NCBI RefSeq assembly: GCF_001194135.2
Contig: NC_068986.1
Span: 90,898,019 to 90,950,045, forward strand
Source: Octopus bimaculoides
Lineage: Eukaryota
Direction: 5' to 3'
Length of the DNA: 52,027 nt
Under the pieces are notes generated by a model. The model made no database searches. It saw nothing but the letters and a program-made list of their open reading frames with translations, and had not been told where the DNA came from. Below, piece by piece: positions 48,525 through 52,027 of the stretch. Position 1 is the stretch's first letter; each line of letters begins with the position of its first letter. Made by a program: the position numbers and the translations under genes.

Positions 48525-49836
48525 ATGTGAGGATGTCTCATTGGTTGTAGCATTTGTATTAGAGGGAAGCAAGCAAGAGAAAAAGAGAAGAGTCGGATCA
48601 TTATTGGTTAGTGACGGTCTATTTGGTTTATAAAATGTAGATAGCACACCTATGGAGCTTTTATACAGTTAAGTGGATGAGAGATAACTCACACTCAGAT
48701 ACAAGCTCATTTCTAGTAACATTCTCTAATTAGTTGAGATAAATTGAGACAAAGTATAATTTAGCTGCTGACCAGACACAACAAAACACCAGCAAACTAA
48801 TGAAGGAACCTGCATGTGGTCAATCAACTTACAAGAAATAACAGCTAAATCTTCTTCAAATCATTCTTACTGTCTTTAAAAAAGGCAGACATATCATCAT
48901 CATCATTTAATGTCCATCTTCCATGCTGGCATGCGATGGGCAGTTTGACAAGAGCCAGGCAAGCTGGAGAGCTACACCAGATTCCATTGTCTGCTTTGGC
49001 ATGATTTCTACAGCTGGATATCCTTCCAATCATCAACCATTTTACAGAGGGCACTGGGTGCTTTTTATGTGGCACCAACACCAGTAGGGTCATCAATCAA
49101 GTAACTTGCAAGTTGAAGACCTCTCAGCTGGGAAAGGGAGTGGATCCGAGGGAGGTGATTTTGTGCCAGCTGAGAGTTAAAGTATAATAGAGAGATAGTA
49201 GATGTCTTACTGTAGAAGAAATACTTGGGTACTCCAGTAGGAAAAGAAAGGAGATACAGTTAGAGATAGAGTGAGAGAGAGAAATAACTGGTGGAACAGT
49301 GAGGGGGAGTGTAAGTGGTACAGAGGGGATACAGGAGAATGTTCCATAAGACTATGAGGTGAGATGTTTAGAGAGGCAGAAGAGGTGACTGTAGCAAGTG
49401 GTAGCAAGGGAAATTGGAGTGGTTGGGAGTGGAGAATGGTAGATATGTGAGGGCATGATTAATGTTTGGGTAGGCATGTGAGGGCTAGTGGTGATCATGG
49501 GTGGTGGAATGGGGAGTGGGTGAGAAGATGGTTTTGACAGAGGACAGGTTATGCGTGTGTGTGTGAGAGAGAGAGAGAGGGGGGGGACCTGTCCTTCAAG
49601 AAGACAAGCTGGTCATGACTGGGTTGTCTTTAATCAAAGCTGATATTGGGATAAACACAACAACCACACTACTATTTGAAATAAAGACCATTTAGGTGAG
49701 GTGTCCAACATTCAATATCTCCCCCAGCCAAAAAACTATGCAGCAACAAAGAAGAGAGTCACCATAAGACACAGCCACTTAAGGAGCTAAGCAAATCCAA
49801 ACCAGGAATTATTCTGATTTTGGAATCTTACACATA

Positions 49837-50594
49837 TGAGGTGCATTCCATTAGTTTTGAGACATTTTTGAAGAGGCAATTATAACTGTCCCAGGTTATT
49901 GCAATTTTGCTATATCATTACTATATATCTAATAAGCTGACCTGCCAATTATTTTTTTTACTCCACTAAACATTGCTTGTTACAGTTAACTAATTTGCAG
50001 AATGCAGTTGGGACATTTAGAAGCTCACTATGAAATAAAATTTTCTGTTAGATTGGGTAAAAAACACTACAGAAACAGATGGAATGCTCCAGACTGCTTT
50101 CACAAAAGGTTCGAGGATGGTAGAAAGGAAGTGAAAGACAATTTCTGATGAAGGCCATTGTGTGTTTATAAAGATAAGAAGCACACAGCTTGGAGTTGGT
50201 GAGGTAACCACACAGAATTATTCATGAAGATCCGGACATATGTAAAGTTTGTTTCCAGAGTAGTCAGTGATAAACATTCTGGTAATCAGCTGCTTGACAG
50301 AGATGGGCATCAAACCTGCCCCTCACCCTCCTTACAGTCCAGACTTTACTCCTTGTGACTCTTGGTTGTTCCCCAAGCTGAAGGAAAACCTAAGGGGCAG
50401 TTGTTTTGAAGATGGAGAAGGCTGTGAGAAGGGTTCTGGAGGACTTTGATGGGCGCCTTGACAAAGTGGCTGGAGTACTTACAAGTGCATTGAAACTAGA
50501 GGATCCGACTTTGAAGGAGATTAGAGCTTTGTATTTCATTGAAATTAATAAATGACTTGCCTAAAAAGTCGGAAAACTTCTGCAGTACACCTTG
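49837..50594 (+). mobile_element. decayed mariner transposon
   Basis: MGIKPAPHPPYSPDFTPCDSWLFPKLKENLRG..FE (mariner YSPDL motif). Diverged TIR-like ends flanked by TA. Confidence 0.75.
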
Positions 50595-50661
<67 letters not shown>

Positions 50662-50716
50662 ACTACTGCTGCTGCTGCTACCACCACCACCACCACCACC
50701 ACTACTACTACTTCAA
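50595..50716. repeat. compound (TAC)n/(TGC)n/(CAC)n microsatellite
   Basis: Directly visible. Confidence 0.95.
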
Positions 50717-50915
50717 AATAATGTAGAAAGAAAAGAGAATTGAAGTAGGAATGAAGATGAAAGGAGAAAACTGGAGAAGAGTTAAGAAGAAGAAGAATAG
50801 TGACTTCAGAAGTCTGAAGTAGAAATAAAAAGATGATTAGAGAAGATGAGCAAGGGAAAGGAAGAAGTTGATAAAAATACATAAATGAAGAGGTAATTAA
50901 TAGAAGCAGCTTTAC

Positions 50916-51070
50916 CTGTAGGGCAGCTACAAACTGTATTGTACTAACCAGTGCAATACATGAGTTAGCAGGCAGATTGTACTTGATGGTCTCAACAAAA
51001 TGAGTATTGTCAATCTTGATGTCCACAAATACATAGAGCATATGTATATCTTCAGTCACAGTGATGGGCA
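50916..51070 (-). CDS. DPH1: DPH1 internal exon, 155 nt
   Basis: tttctag|[53 protein letters not shown]|gtaaag. LYVFVDI.ID..H and LVSTIQF are DPH1 motifs. Splices in frame to 46417-46538. Confidence 0.93.
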
Positions 51071-51639
51071 CTAGAAAGTAAGAGAATGAGACATCATTAT
51101 TGAATAAGTTCTATTATGATGAAATATCGAAATGTCTGAGACATTGTTATAAGATAATATTTTAAAGCAAACACTTGTTCACTGAGGCTGATGCTGTGCT
51201 CTGTCTCCAAATGCAGGAGTTCAGGTGGTAAAGCAGCTTTGGTGTTTTGGCCCCTTCCACTGCAACACCAGAGCTGCCTAGTGCCACTCACCAATGTAGA
51301 TGACAAAACTCCCACACAACAGATGTCGCTATCATTCCTCAATGCTTGTTCTTGCTGCACCACACCTCTCCTGAACTAGATTTATTCACTCACTTTCTCA
51401 GTGGCTTCTGACAATTTTCTGGCAGCATCTTTCCTTTTCTTTATAGCTTGTCCAAGACACGTGTACATCAAGTGAAACCTGATTCCAACAAGTCCTTTAA
51501 CACCTATCTCTACAGGAAGGCATATTTGCCTCCAATCCATTGTTTTCGCAGAGTTCAAACAACTCACTGTATTTTCTGTTGTTCTTGAGGAAAATGTCAC
51601 TTCCCAGGGTGCTACCATCTCTACCATTTTCACTGCCTT

Positions 51640-52027
51640 CCTTTCTTTGCACCTATGACAAGGTTGGATCATTTGTTGGCAAAAAGCAAGACCGGGAAAG
51701 CCCCCGGCCCATCAGGAATCACTGCAGAGATGCTCAAAATATCTGGCAGTGTTGGCTATAGCCTAGTCACCTGTATTACGAACCAGGTGATACACGAAGG
51801 AGTCATACCCAATGACTGGTGTAGCAGCATCATAGTCAACTGCTACAAAGGTAAAGGTGACGCTTTAGATACAAATAATTACAGAGGCATCAAGCTGTTA
51901 GATCAGGTTATGAAAGTTACAGAGAGGGTCATAGCCCAACTAATTAGGGAGCGAATCAATTTAGATGAGATGCAGTTTGGGTTCGTGCCAGGAAAAAGCA
52001 CTACTGATGCCTTATTTCTAGTGAGAC
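51640..52027 (+). mobile_element. RTE-clade LINE RT region, running off the window edge
   Basis: NQVIHEGVIPNDWCSSIIVNCYKGKGDALDTNNYRGIKLLDQVMKVTERVIAQLIRERINLDEMQFGFVPGKSTTDALFLVR, read by eye. Confidence 0.88.

Noticed and set aside
50496-50915. C-terminal extension of the 191-aa ORF containing the DPH1 exon
   Set aside because: DPH1 homology ends at a canonical donor (CAG|gtaaag); the rest is intron and microsatellite.
1-52027. CRISPR arrays, rRNA or true tRNA genes
   Set aside because: None seen; A/B-box-like motifs belong to SINE heads.

Overview
AT-rich, microsatellite- and retroelement-dense animal genomic DNA with about a dozen N gaps. The SINE, RTE, R4 and Tx1 repeat content suggests a coleoid cephalopod, probably an octopus (inference from repeat families, no search run). 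The core is a minus-strand tandem array of intronless class A GPCR genes of about 300 aa starting MN(A/V)THLSD. It contains three complete ORFs (14923-15846, 37348-38271, 42029-42937), one gap-truncated copy (2420-3109), two pseudogenes (23913-24836 nonsense; 27983-28904 frameshift) and two 5' stubs (17691-17743, 29677-29713). There is also one inverted, CDS-less copy of the upstream region (~10400-11950). Two spliced exons of DPH1 (50916-51070, 46417-46538) lie on the same strand, and I could not find the next DPH1 exon by eye, so the array may sit inside a >46 kb DPH1 intron. Mobile DNA includes Tx1-like, RTE and R4/Dong-like LINEs, SINEs, and Tc1/mariner, hAT and MULE-type non-autonomous elements. 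A Penelope-like relic is followed by a candidate minimal hammerhead ribozyme whose predicted cleavage site coincides with the start of a 127-bp inverted repeat arm. All alignments were done by eye, and many repeat boundaries are approximate.
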